From Methanoculleus sediminis (GTDB lineage: Archaea > Halobacteriota > Methanomicrobia > Methanomicrobiales > Methanoculleaceae): 40,000 nt of DNA. Within the stretch, counting starts at the first letter, position 1; every line of letters starts with the position of its first letter. The translations under genes were made by a program, and so were the position numbers. The DNA is taken from contig NZ_JXOJ01000008.1 of the NCBI RefSeq assembly GCF_001017125.1, positions 102,976-142,975 on the forward strand, written 5' to 3'. Below the pieces are notes generated by a model. That model searched no databases, was not told the DNA's origin, and worked only from the letters and a program-made list of their open reading frames with translations. Below are positions 25,939 to 34,174 of the stretch, in pieces.

Positions 25939-26835
25939 TTATTTTGGATAATAGTGACTATCTACATTTAAGATCCGTCGTCCGATCCACTCAATAACAT
26001 GCACATTCACTGCATTACCTATTGCTCGGTGCCGGTTTCCGTCCATCCCCGGGGGAACCCCTGTAATTGCTCGCATTCCAAAGGGGTCAGCCGTCGAACA
26101 AACAGCATCTGCTCCCCCTCTTGAATCGAGTGTATATGTTTCCCCGTCATTTCTGTACCCTTTGGCTTGCGGTCCAGCTGTATGCTTTCTTCCAATTGCG
26201 GCATGCTGGATAGCATAGAGATCTGTTTCTCTATTGCGCTTTTGAGTTCCTCTGGCAAGGGCTTCCCACTTGCCAAGGCCCGCTCGAGGAGCGATTGTAG
26301 TTGCTCCCGGTTCAAAAAGTACCTCGGCGGACACGAGAGAGCCAAGACTTCCGACAACATAGACTCTTCGCCGTCTCTGTGGTGTTCCAAAGTATTTTGC
26401 ATCCAGTACTCGCCACGATATGCCATACCCGAGTTCATCCAGCGCTTGGATGAGTGCTTGGAAATCCTTTCCACTGTTACTGTTAAGAATTCCGGGAACA
26501 TTCTCAATAATAATCCAGCGAGGTCTTCTTGCTGATATGAGTTCTGCAAATTGGAAGAATAATCCACTTCGATCACCTTTAAGCCCTTTTCGCTTCCCCT
26601 GGTTAGCGAGAGAAAGATCTTGACATGGAAACCCTCCACACCAAAGATCCGCATCTGGTATTTCGCTGGCCTTTACATCTTTAATATCGCTTACAAGCGG
26701 CACATTAGGCCAATGCTTTTTCAGGACGCGCTGGCAAAATGGGTTTATTTCACATTGGAAGACTATCTTCATGCCAATATTCTCAAACCCGAGATCGAAC
26801 CCACCAATACCGCTGAAAAACGACGCTACTTTCAT
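25939..26835 (-). CDS. DNA (cytosine-5) methyltransferase
   Basis: Motif I FSGIGGFDLG, motif IV GGFPCQDLS, motif VI IIENVPGIL, motif VIII QRRRRVYVVG, motif X IGNAVNVHV. Confidence 0.95.
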   Translation of the reverse strand: MKVASFFSGIGGFDLGFENIGMKIVFQCEINPFCQRVLKKHWPNVPLVSDIKDVKASEIPDADLWCGGFPCQDLSLANQGKRKGLKGDRSGLFFQFAELISARRPRWIIIENVPGILNSNSGKDFQALIQALDELGYGISWRVLDAKYFGTPQRRRRVYVVGSLGSLVSAEVLFEPGATTIAPRAGLGKWEALARGTQKRNRETDLYAIQHAAIGRKHTAGPQAKGYRNDGETYTLDSRGGADAVCSTADPFGMRAITGVPPGMDGNRHRAIGNAVNVHVIEWIGRRILNVDSHYYPK

Positions 26836-27284
26836 TTTACCACTGGCTTTTGTGCATTCTCACTTTCTTTGAGATCTAACAAGGATTTCAATGCGCTGAT
26901 TAATCTGTCTTCATGTTTTACGTCACACTCCCAAATAACAATTACTTTCCATCCGTCAGATTCTAGCATTCTCTGATTTTCTTTGTCACGGGCGATATTT
27001 TTCTCAATTTTTGGAATCCAATAATCTGTGTTTGATTTTGGTTTGCGAAGTCCGCTTCCGATTTTGCATGAATGCCCATGCCAAAAACAGCCATGTACAA
27101 AGATAACAGTCCGATATTTTGGTAAAACGATATCCGGCTTACCTGGGAGGTCTTTCTGATGTACCCTGTACCGAAAGCCATGAGAATACAGAAACCTTCG
27201 GACAACTAATTCAGGAGATGTATTTTTAGCCTTAATCTTACTCATTATTTGACTGCGTTTTTCCTTGGGGAAGATATCAGGCAT
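26832..27284 (-). CDS. vsr: Very-short-patch repair endonuclease (Vsr)
   Basis: KRSQIMSKIKAKNTSPEL, LPGKPDIVLPKYRTVIFVHGCFWHGH and GWKVIVIWECDV align well with E. coli Vsr as I recall it. It overlaps the downstream MTase gene by 4 bp. Confidence 0.9.
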   Translation of the reverse strand: MPDIFPKEKRSQIMSKIKAKNTSPELVVRRFLYSHGFRYRVHQKDLPGKPDIVLPKYRTVIFVHGCFWHGHSCKIGSGLRKPKSNTDYWIPKIEKNIARDKENQRMLESDGWKVIVIWECDVKHEDRLISALKSLLDLKESENAQKPVVK

Positions 27285-27581
27285 TACTATATCCGTAGGC
27301 GTAGCACCTAATTAATTTAAGGAGGGGCGAATATTGGTGGGTACGCTCAACTGTATGCCCAGTTCCCATCACAGACCTTTTACTCGTGCAACTCACTGCC
27401 GCTCGCTTCCCGGAATCAAATAGATGGTACCCCTAACTACCTACGGATAGAATCCTCCACTAGATACCAATGCTCGTTCGTTCTGGTGGGTGCACGTCAC
27501 TACTACACCATACGTGCCGATGAAAAGTCAGTAAACCACTTGACCCCACCTCCCGCGCGAGGTGGTCACTCCTCCCAAACC

Positions 27582-27690
27582 CTTCAGAAGAGCATGCCCC
27601 ACCATCGTCCTGTCAGGGGGCCACTTCATCCACCACCGTGATCATGCCACAGGTGACAGATGTCAAATTTTTTTTGAATAGCTATAACCC
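27582..27690 (-). repeat. Right terminal inverted repeat of the casposon (109 bp, perfect)
   Basis: Exact reverse complement of 18344-18452. It ends ...gaatagctataaccc immediately before the TSD. Confidence 0.95.
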
Positions 27691-27704
27691 TGTTCCGGAA
27701 TGCG
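27691..27704. repeat. Right copy of the 14-bp target-site duplication (tgttccggaatgcg), overlapping the tRNA-Leu 3' end
   Basis: Identical to 18330-18343. Its last 4 nt (tgcg, 27701-27704) are the discriminator base plus the first 3 nt of the acceptor stem, as the complement of the minus-strand tRNA. Confidence 0.9.
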
Positions 27705-27785
27705 AGGGGTGGGATTCGAACCCACGGACCCCTTCGGGACCGGATCTTAAGTCCGGCGCCGTTGGCCGGGCTTGGCTACCCTCGC
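27701..27785 (-). tRNA. tRNA-Leu (anticodon UAA)
   Basis: The minus strand reads GCGAGGGTAGCCAAGCCCGGCCAACGGCGCCGGACTTAAGATCCGGTCCCGAAGGGGTCCGTGGGTTCGAATCCCACCCCTCGCA. It folds by hand into a cloverleaf: 7-bp acceptor stem, anticodon stem CCGGA/TCCGG with loop CTTAAGA, a long variable arm (CCC-GAA-GGG), and T arm GTGGG-TTCGAAT-CCCAC. No CCA is encoded. Confidence 0.9.
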
Positions 27786-27933
27786 TCGAAAAGTGCCATT
27801 ACCTATTCTCCACCGCATGTATTAAGTCCGACGCCCGCATGCCGCCGGCGAAAACCCGGATCCGGCAGCCGTTCTCCAGGGCGACTCCCGGGGCCAAAGG
27901 TATTTGAGGACGGGGCCGAAGATTGGAGGCTGC

Positions 27934-28395
27934 ATGGAGAGAGACCGTAACCCGGACAGTCCCGAAGTGCCCTACTGGCACGTCCGGACCGACGAGAACG
28001 GCGTGAGCCGGCAGGACCGCTGCCGGATGAGCGACTTTCAGTTCGCAAGCGTATCGAGCGGTGCCGCACCGTCGTGGATCGGGAGGCCCGGCGACCCGGC
28101 TCGCCGCGTCGTCGTCCTCGTCCTCCCCGCGGGCTGGGTCGGCGAGTGGCATGAGAACCCGGAGCCGCAGTGGATCGTGCCCCTGTCGGGGCGCTGGTTC
28201 GTCGAGACCATGGACGGCACCCGCGTGGAGATGGGGCCGGGGGAACTCTCGTTCGGGAACGACCAGAACACCCGGCCTGACCATCGGGGGCGCAGGGGAC
28301 ACCGTTCCGGAACCGTAGGTGACCAGCCCGCGGTGCTGATGCTCGTCCAGGTGGAGCGCGGGCCCGACCCCGGCCGGCCGTGCCTGGAGGGATAG
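27934..28395 (+). CDS. Cupin-domain protein
   Basis: GEWHENPEPQWIVPLSGRWFVETMDGTRVEMGPGELSF resembles the two-motif cupin barrel. The ATG at 27934 is preceded by ggagg; the track start is 27904. Confidence 0.5.
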   Translation: MERDRNPDSPEVPYWHVRTDENGVSRQDRCRMSDFQFASVSSGAAPSWIGRPGDPARRVVVLVLPAGWVGEWHENPEPQWIVPLSGRWFVETMDGTRVEMGPGELSFGNDQNTRPDHRGRRGHRSGTVGDQPAVLMLVQVERGPDPGRPCLEG

Positions 28396-28524
28396 CAAGA
28401 CCTGATCGTGGAGGCATAGACCCAACTCCTGAACTCCGCGGCTCGAAGCCTACGGCTTCTCAAACTCCTTCCCCAAAGGGAAGTCGTTCTTCGCGTAAGT
28501 TAGTAGGTGCAGATAGCAATATAA

Positions 28525-28608
28525 TCTCACGCGAAGCCGCGAAGGACGCGAAGATCGGCTTATCCGAGAGGGGACCCCCCTTCGCGGCTTCGCGCTCTTC
28601 GCGTGAGA
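28525..28608. repeat. Palindromic element built from (NN)GCGAAG sub-repeats, copy 1
   Basis: tctcacgcgaagccgcgaaggacgcgaag ... cttcgcggcttcgcgctcttcgcgtgaga: inverted arms of ~29 nt around a ~26-nt centre. It is related to the element at 39650-39840. Small hairpins lie just upstream (gaagcctacggcttc, cttccccaaagggaag). Confidence 0.75.
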
Positions 28609-28724
28609 TGACGATTTATGAGCGATGGTACGGCCTCATGCGAAGTGCGACGGACGGAACGTCCGGGGCATGAGCACCGTTAAGTACGAAGACACGAAGG
28701 GAATGCGAACCCGGGGAGAAACCG

Positions 28725-29354
28725 ATGACTCGAACCAGGATCAATCTCGCGGCGCTCTCGCTCGCGGTTGCAGGCGCCTGCTTCTTCGCGTATCCCGCGA
28801 TCCGGCCGTACACCGATGAAGCGTCCCTCGCCGGCGCCGGGGCGTTCGCCTCCCCCGCCTGGACCCTCTCGCACACGCTCGCCATGGTCGGGTTCATCCT
28901 GCTCGTGCTCGGGCTGCTCGGCCTCTACGGCCGCCTCCGGGAGACAGAGGCCGAACCCCGGGCCGTCGCGGCGCTCGTCCTGACCTGGGCCGGCGTCGGG
29001 CTGGTTCTCCCCTACTACGGGGCCGAGACGTTCGCGCTCGCCGCCGTGGGCCGGGAAGCACTCCAGCAGAACAGCGTCGACCTCCTCCTCGCGCTCACGG
29101 ACGCGATCCGGTTCGGGGAAGGCGTCTGGCTCTTCGGTGCGGGCCTCCTCGCCCTTGCGGCAGGCAGCATCCTCTTTGCAGCCGCGATCCGGCGCTCGGG
29201 CATCCTCCCCCGGTGGAGCGGCATCCCGCTCGCGCTCGGCTTCGCGCTCTTCCTCCCGCAGTTCTTCACGCCGCCGGCGGTCCGGATCGCCCACGGGCTG
29301 CTCGTCATGATCGGGTGCTGGCTCGTGGCGTGGAGCATGACGAAACGCCGGTAG
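28725..29354 (+). CDS. Hypothetical integral membrane protein
   Basis: 209 aa with about six hydrophobic segments (LAALSLAVAGACFFAY, MVGFILLVLGLLGLY, and others). No family recognised. Confidence 0.6.
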   Translation: MTRTRINLAALSLAVAGACFFAYPAIRPYTDEASLAGAGAFASPAWTLSHTLAMVGFILLVLGLLGLYGRLRETEAEPRAVAALVLTWAGVGLVLPYYGAETFALAAVGREALQQNSVDLLLALTDAIRFGEGVWLFGAGLLALAAGSILFAAAIRRSGILPRWSGIPLALGFALFLPQFFTPPAVRIAHGLLVMIGCWLVAWSMTKRR

Positions 29355-29360
29355 CCGGCT

Positions 29361-30536
29361 TCACGCCAGCCGTCGCACCACCCTCGCCAGCCGGTGCATC
29401 CCCTCGACGATCTCCTCCTCACCCGCCGCCGAGAAGTTCAGCCGGATCGTGTCCTCCCCGCCGCCGCCGACGTAGAACGGCACCCCGGGAAGGACCGCGA
29501 CGCCTTCTCTGACACCCTCACGGAAGACCTCCATCGACGAGACGCCGTCCGGCAGGGCCGCCGTCATGAACATCCCGCCCTCGGGATTGGTGTGGGTCAC
29601 CTGCGGCATCAGGTCGTCGAGGAGTTCGCACATCAGCCGGCAGTGCTCGCCGTAGACCGCAGAGACCCGGGCGACGTGGGCGTCGAGATCGTGGGTCGAT
29701 AGATAGCGGTGCAGGATCACCTGGCAGAGGAAGTTCGAGTGGAGATCGGCCGCCTGCTTCGCGACGTTGAACTGCCGGAGAACCGGCGCCGGCGCGTATA
29801 TCCAGCCGATCCGCATCCCGGGTGCGACGATCTTCGAAAACGACCCAGATATCACCGTCTGTTCAGGGAGGTGGCGCTTCACCGGCGGACGCGGCTTCCC
29901 GTCGAAGAATAACTCTCCAAAAGCGTCGTCCTCGTAGAATACCGTATCCGTCCCCTCGAGGATCTCCGCAACGGCACGCCGCTTCCCTTCCGAGTAGGTT
30001 CTCCCCGAAGGGTTCTGCGAGTTCGGGATGCCGTAGAAGAACTTCGGCGCGCGACCGCGGATGAGCGACTCGAACGCCGCGAGATCCGGCCCGTCCTCCT
30101 CCAGGGGAACCGAATAGAAGTCGGGCTCGTAGAGGGAGAAGGCCTCGATCGCCCCGAGGTAGCCCGGCCGCTCCATCCCGACGGCGTCGCCGGGGTCGAG
30201 GAAGATCTTCCCGACGAGGTCCAGGCACTGCTGGGAGCCGTTCACGATCTGGATCTCCTCGGGGGCCGCCGGGAGGCCGAGCCTTCTCCGGTAACGGTCG
30301 GCGATGAACTCCCGGAGCGGCAGGTAGCCGTCCGTCGTCGTGTACTGCAGCGCCGTCCGCCCCTCTTCGGCGAAGACCTCGCGGGCCGCCTCCCGGATTC
30401 CCTCGACGTCGATGTATGCCGAACCCGGCAGCCCTCCTGCAAACGATATCACCCCGGGAACGCCCGAGACCCGGAAGAGTTCTTCGAGGAACGACTCCGG
30501 GACCCGCCCCATCCGGGAAGAAAACCGGTATTCCAT
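29361..30536 (-). CDS. PLP-dependent aminotransferase, class I/II (2-aminoadipate/aromatic aminotransferase-like)
   Basis: ISFAGGLP...ALQYTTTDGYLPLREFIA, IQIVNGSQQCLDL, PNSQNPSGRT, and the PLP-lysine motif SGSFSKIVAPGMRIGW. Confidence 0.85.
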   Translation of the reverse strand: MEYRFSSRMGRVPESFLEELFRVSGVPGVISFAGGLPGSAYIDVEGIREAAREVFAEEGRTALQYTTTDGYLPLREFIADRYRRRLGLPAAPEEIQIVNGSQQCLDLVGKIFLDPGDAVGMERPGYLGAIEAFSLYEPDFYSVPLEEDGPDLAAFESLIRGRAPKFFYGIPNSQNPSGRTYSEGKRRAVAEILEGTDTVFYEDDAFGELFFDGKPRPPVKRHLPEQTVISGSFSKIVAPGMRIGWIYAPAPVLRQFNVAKQAADLHSNFLCQVILHRYLSTHDLDAHVARVSAVYGEHCRLMCELLDDLMPQVTHTNPEGGMFMTAALPDGVSSMEVFREGVREGVAVLPGVPFYVGGGGEDTIRLNFSAAGEEEIVEGMHRLARVVRRLA

Positions 30537-30578
30537 ATAACCAGTATTGAGCGTCTCAAAAGAAAAATGCCGGGTATC

Positions 30579-32318
30579 TTACTGCAGCATGATGTAGGCA
30601 ACGACCGAGAGCAGGAACGCGAGCACCAGGATCATGAAACTCAGCGGGGCGATGAACGCAAGCATCGCGTTCACGGTGCTCGCGAGCTGCGAGACCCGCT
30701 GCGACCCGAAGACCGTGATCCCCTCGCACGAGGCCGTCGCCGCCCCCACGCGGGCCCCCGAGAGGTCGGCGAGCGCTTCGCGGACCGCCTGCTCGATGTA
30801 GGGGACGATCTCCCCCGGCGGCACCGCGTAGCCGACCGGGTTCTTCCCGCTGATCGTGTTCACCGTGTGCGTGTCGGTCGTCATGATCTCCGCCTCGTCG
30901 ACGTGGGCGAGAGCCACCGCCCGCAACTGCTCCCGGACGCCCCGGGCCACATTGTTCCCGTCGATCAGGACGTAGGCCGCCCGAACACCCTCGACCTCCG
31001 TCACCAGCGCCTGCACCCCGAGCGACCCGAACCCCTGCTCGCGGGTGAACGGGACCCGGACGTGGGAGACCCCGATCGCGAACGGCTCCGTCGGGAGGTC
31101 CCGTGCGACCCGGAATCCCTCGCGTGCGGCGGCGACATACTCCGTCGCGATCCGCGTCGCCGGGAGGACCGGGGAGCCCACGCTGGTCATGCAGTTGTGA
31201 GCGTCCACGAACGCGACCTCCGAGAAGGCGCACCTCCCCTCGGCCATGATAGCCATCCCGATCGAGTAGTCGAGATCCTCCGTCCGCTCCGGCGACCGGG
31301 TGCTCACCATCAGGAGGGCGTCCCCGAACCGCTGGCAGAGGATCGAGACCGAGCCCGATACGACCCTGACGGGCCGGCTCGCGGTGTCGGAGTAGGCAAG
31401 CCCCTCCCGGGACGCCTCCACGGCGCGGGCGATCTTTTCAATCTCGCTCTCCGAGACCAGGTTGAAGTCGTGGGTGGCGCAGCCGTGAGCGACCAGCGTC
31501 TCCTCGGGAAACGTATCGTGGAGTATCCGGGGGAGGTTGCCGCCGCCGACGTCGCCCATCGGGCCGGGGTGGACGTTCGGAACGGTGAAGAGGACGTCTT
31601 TTCCGGAGTTGCGGGAGAAGAAGAGCGAGATCTGGGGCACATAGACCTCCTCCCCGATCTCGCGGAAGAAGTCCTCCATGTTCTTCGAGCCGTCGGTCAG
31701 GTGGGCGATGAAGGTGTTGAGGAAGTTGAGCCCGCTGATCTGGAACGCCCGTTTCAGCGGCCGCTCGATCAGCCAGATCAGGAAGACGAAGACCATCCCG
31801 AAGACCGCCTGGAGGAGGAGGGCGTAGGGAACGAATCCGGGGGTGAAGAACCAGGCCCCGACCGCTATGGCGGCCGCGCTCTGGGTAAACGCGGGAAGAG
31901 CCATCCGGCTGACCCGGTAGTCGGCCACGGCCGCGAGGACCAGCAGCCGGAGGCCGAGGGCCAGGCCGAGCGCGATCGCATAGAGCGTGGGGAAGAGCGC
32001 ACGGCCAAAGACGAGAGCCGGCGAAAGGCTCAGGATCACCGTAAGGACCGTGCAGGCCAGGGCTAGGAGAGCCGACCGGTTCCACGTGATATGCCGGCCG
32101 AAGATCCCCACGAGCGGCACCGTCAGCAGGAAGGCGAGCAGTGCCGGAACCGAAAACCCGAGGGTGCCGATCAGGAAGAACTCGGTTCCGGGCCGGTAGG
32201 TAGCTATGTCGATGATGAGCCCGAGCACCACGATGATCGCGAGCGACCGCGGCCAGGACGGGGCGGAGAAGATGTACCGGGTGAGCCGCTCGACACGGAC
32301 GTCGGGGCCGGATTCCAT
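30579..32318 (-). CDS. DUF2070-family archaeal membrane protein
   Basis: 579 aa. The N-terminal half is polytopic membrane; the C-terminal half is a soluble domain ending in a TM segment. Size and architecture fit my recollection of DUF2070, but the family assignment is not verified. Confidence 0.5.
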   Translation of the reverse strand: MESGPDVRVERLTRYIFSAPSWPRSLAIIVVLGLIIDIATYRPGTEFFLIGTLGFSVPALLAFLLTVPLVGIFGRHITWNRSALLALACTVLTVILSLSPALVFGRALFPTLYAIALGLALGLRLLVLAAVADYRVSRMALPAFTQSAAAIAVGAWFFTPGFVPYALLLQAVFGMVFVFLIWLIERPLKRAFQISGLNFLNTFIAHLTDGSKNMEDFFREIGEEVYVPQISLFFSRNSGKDVLFTVPNVHPGPMGDVGGGNLPRILHDTFPEETLVAHGCATHDFNLVSESEIEKIARAVEASREGLAYSDTASRPVRVVSGSVSILCQRFGDALLMVSTRSPERTEDLDYSIGMAIMAEGRCAFSEVAFVDAHNCMTSVGSPVLPATRIATEYVAAAREGFRVARDLPTEPFAIGVSHVRVPFTREQGFGSLGVQALVTEVEGVRAAYVLIDGNNVARGVREQLRAVALAHVDEAEIMTTDTHTVNTISGKNPVGYAVPPGEIVPYIEQAVREALADLSGARVGAATASCEGITVFGSQRVSQLASTVNAMLAFIAPLSFMILVLAFLLSVVAYIMLQ

Positions 32319-32398
32319 CAGGCGCCTCCGGGTGCTCTCGGGCCGGACACGGCAGCCGGCATAACAATGCCGGCTATCAGCGCTGTATTCCCCATAAT

Positions 32399-33289
32399 TC
32401 AGACAATAATTTCGCCGGGCTCGTCAAAGACCTTCCGGTACCGCCCAAGCATCCGCTCCCAGTCGGGGAGGTTCGTCTGGGTGCCCGGCCGCTCGACGAC
32501 GAAGGACGAGACCACCGCACCGACGCGGCAGCAGTCGAGCGGGGCGTAGCCCTTCCGGAACGCCGTGAGGAACCCGGCACGGTAGCCGTCGCCGGCGCCG
32601 GTGGGGTCGACGGCCTCCACGCTGACGGCCGGGACGTGATACTCCTCGCCGTCCATGCAGAGGAGGCTTCCCTCCGCCCCCCGGGTCGTGACCGTCATCG
32701 GGATCGACGCGACGAGTGCGGAGCGCTCCAGCCCCAGCATATCGCACATCCGGTCCATCTCGTGATTGTTCGAGAAGAGAATATCGACGTTCGCGAGGAT
32801 GATCTCAAGTTGATCCCGCGTGTAGCGGAGGAGATCCTGCCCCGGGTCGAAGGAGGCGAATTTGCTCTTCTCGGCCACCCGGACGTTGAAGTCGGGGTCG
32901 GCCGTCGCCATATGGACGAAGTCGAGAGCGGGAGCCTCCGCACGGGAGAACGCGGTCGACGCGCCCCACTCGAAGAAGGTCTCCTGGTCGCCGTCGTCGT
33001 CCGTGAAGACGTACGCGGTCGCGGTCCGGGCATCCTTCACCTGGGTGAAGTCCTGCACGATCTCAAGATCGTGCAGCCACCGATCGTAGTCGCTGCCCGG
33101 GAAGTCGCCCCCGACCGCGGAGACCAGCCGGCACCGCTCGCCGAGCACCGCAATCCCGGCCGCGATGTTCGCCGCCCCGCCGCCGAAGTAGACCTCGTGA
33201 CCGGTGATGTAGGTCGAGTTGTGCCGTCCGGGGAGTTTCGGCACCCGGAAGAGATGGTCGATGGCGGTATGCCCGACGACGGAGATCAT
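32399..33289 (-). CDS. PfkB-family carbohydrate/nucleoside kinase
   Basis: N-terminal [12 protein letters not shown] and the C-terminal PfkB signature [14 protein letters not shown]. Confidence 0.85.
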   Translation of the reverse strand: MISVVGHTAIDHLFRVPKLPGRHNSTYITGHEVYFGGGAANIAAGIAVLGERCRLVSAVGGDFPGSDYDRWLHDLEIVQDFTQVKDARTATAYVFTDDDGDQETFFEWGASTAFSRAEAPALDFVHMATADPDFNVRVAEKSKFASFDPGQDLLRYTRDQLEIILANVDILFSNNHEMDRMCDMLGLERSALVASIPMTVTTRGAEGSLLCMDGEEYHVPAVSVEAVDPTGAGDGYRAGFLTAFRKGYAPLDCCRVGAVVSSFVVERPGTQTNLPDWERMLGRYRKVFDEPGEIIV

Positions 33290-33624
33290 AACTCCTGCAC
33301 TTCCTGGACCTTCAGCGGCACGTCGTGAAGTGCTTTCCCGACGACCGACTTCGCTATCCTGGCCGCGTGCTCTTCGGACTCCGCACGGAAGACCTTCATC
33401 TGCAGCACGAGCCCGACGAGGGCGGTGCCGGCGACCACGAGAGCGGTGTTCAACTCCCCTTCGCAGAAGGGGCAGGCGATCATCCCCGCCTCGATCTCCA
33501 CGAACTTCGCCGAAGGGTTGAGCCGCTTTCCGGCCTCGCTGATCGCGATGCTCACGGCGTCGTCCATAGACTTGACGTCTTTAATTATCCACGCTGATTC
33601 AAGCGTAACCAAATAATCCGGCAT
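33286..33624 (-). CDS. UPF0212/DUF555-family archaeal protein
   Basis: The likely start is [37 protein letters not shown]...ACPFCEGEL...[32 protein letters not shown] (ATG at 33624). The longer track ORF (to 33837) has an Arg/Ser/Pro-rich, non-protein-like N-terminus. Confidence 0.7.
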   Translation of the reverse strand: MPDYLVTLESAWIIKDVKSMDDAVSIAISEAGKRLNPSAKFVEIEAGMIACPFCEGELNTALVVAGTALVGLVLQMKVFRAESEEHAARIAKSVVGKALHDVPLKVQEVQEL

Positions 33625-33646
33625 ATTCTCTCCGAAAATGTTAATC

Positions 33647-34174
33647 CTACCAGGTCTCGCGGTGCAGGTGCTCCTCGATGGGCATCCGCTCCATGGGCTC
33701 GAGCGGCGGCGTCCCCTTCCCGACCGCGAGAAGCGCGACGGGACGGAGGTGCTGCGGGAGGCCGAGAACCTCGCGAACCTCGTCTTCCTCGAACGCCCCC
33801 GTCCAGCACGAGTGGAGGCTGCGGGCGTGGGCGGCAAGCATCATGTAGGTGCAGGCGATCGTGGCGTCCTCGAGCGCGTAGAGGATCCCCCGCTCCCCGT
33901 AGTGCGACATCGACCGGACATAGTTCGCGCAGACCACGAAGACCGCCGGGGCCTCCCGGACGTGCACCTGCTCGAGGGCCGCCGACGCGAGTTCCAGCCT
34001 GACATCGTCGTCGGTGACGACGACGACGTCCCAGCCTTCGCGGTTGCCGGCGCTCGGCGCCGCACTCGCGCAGGCGAGGATGTAATCGATATCCTCTTCT
34101 TCGAGCGGCTCCCCGGAGTATTCCCGGACCGACGACCGTGCTCTCACGAAACGGAGGAAATCAGAGGAGTTCAT
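33647..34174 (-). CDS. Nitroreductase-family protein
   Basis: [19 protein letters not shown]...[20 protein letters not shown] is the typical nitroreductase N-terminus. About 175 aa. Confidence 0.8.
   Translation of the reverse strand: MNSSDFLRFVRARSSVREYSGEPLEEEDIDYILACASAAPSAGNREGWDVVVVTDDDVRLELASAALEQVHVREAPAVFVVCANYVRSMSHYGERGILYALEDATIACTYMMLAAHARSLHSCWTGAFEEDEVREVLGLPQHLRPVALLAVGKGTPPLEPMERMPIEEHLHRETW

Larger units (their letters stand above)
18344..27690. mobile_element. Casposon (family 2-like): a Cas1/PolB self-synthesizing transposon integrated at the 3' end of tRNA-Leu
   Basis: 109-bp perfect TIRs, a 14-bp TSD, a Cas1 homolog with a C-terminal HTH, a family B polymerase and an HNH nuclease. 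There is no cas2 and no CRISPR array. GC content is visibly lower than in the host flanks. Confidence 0.9.

Noticed and set aside
26019-26654. 211-aa alternative minus-strand ORF inside the methyltransferase gene
   Set aside because: It is off-frame relative to the ORF that carries all m5C MTase motifs (FSGIGG, PCQ, ENV, QRRRR, GNAV).
27799-28463. Three ~140-208-aa minus-strand ORFs between tRNA-Leu and the membrane protein gene
   Set aside because: They overlap the cupin-like plus-strand frame and are Arg/Pro/Gly-rich. The cupin call itself has only moderate confidence, so this region would benefit from a homology search.
30567-32066. 499-aa plus-strand ORF, plus the 309-aa (31438-32367) and 225-aa (30556-31233) minus-strand off-frame ORFs
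   Set aside because: All overlap the DUF2070-like membrane protein frame (30579-32318), which has coherent TM segments. The alternatives are extremely Arg/Asp/Pro/Gly-rich.
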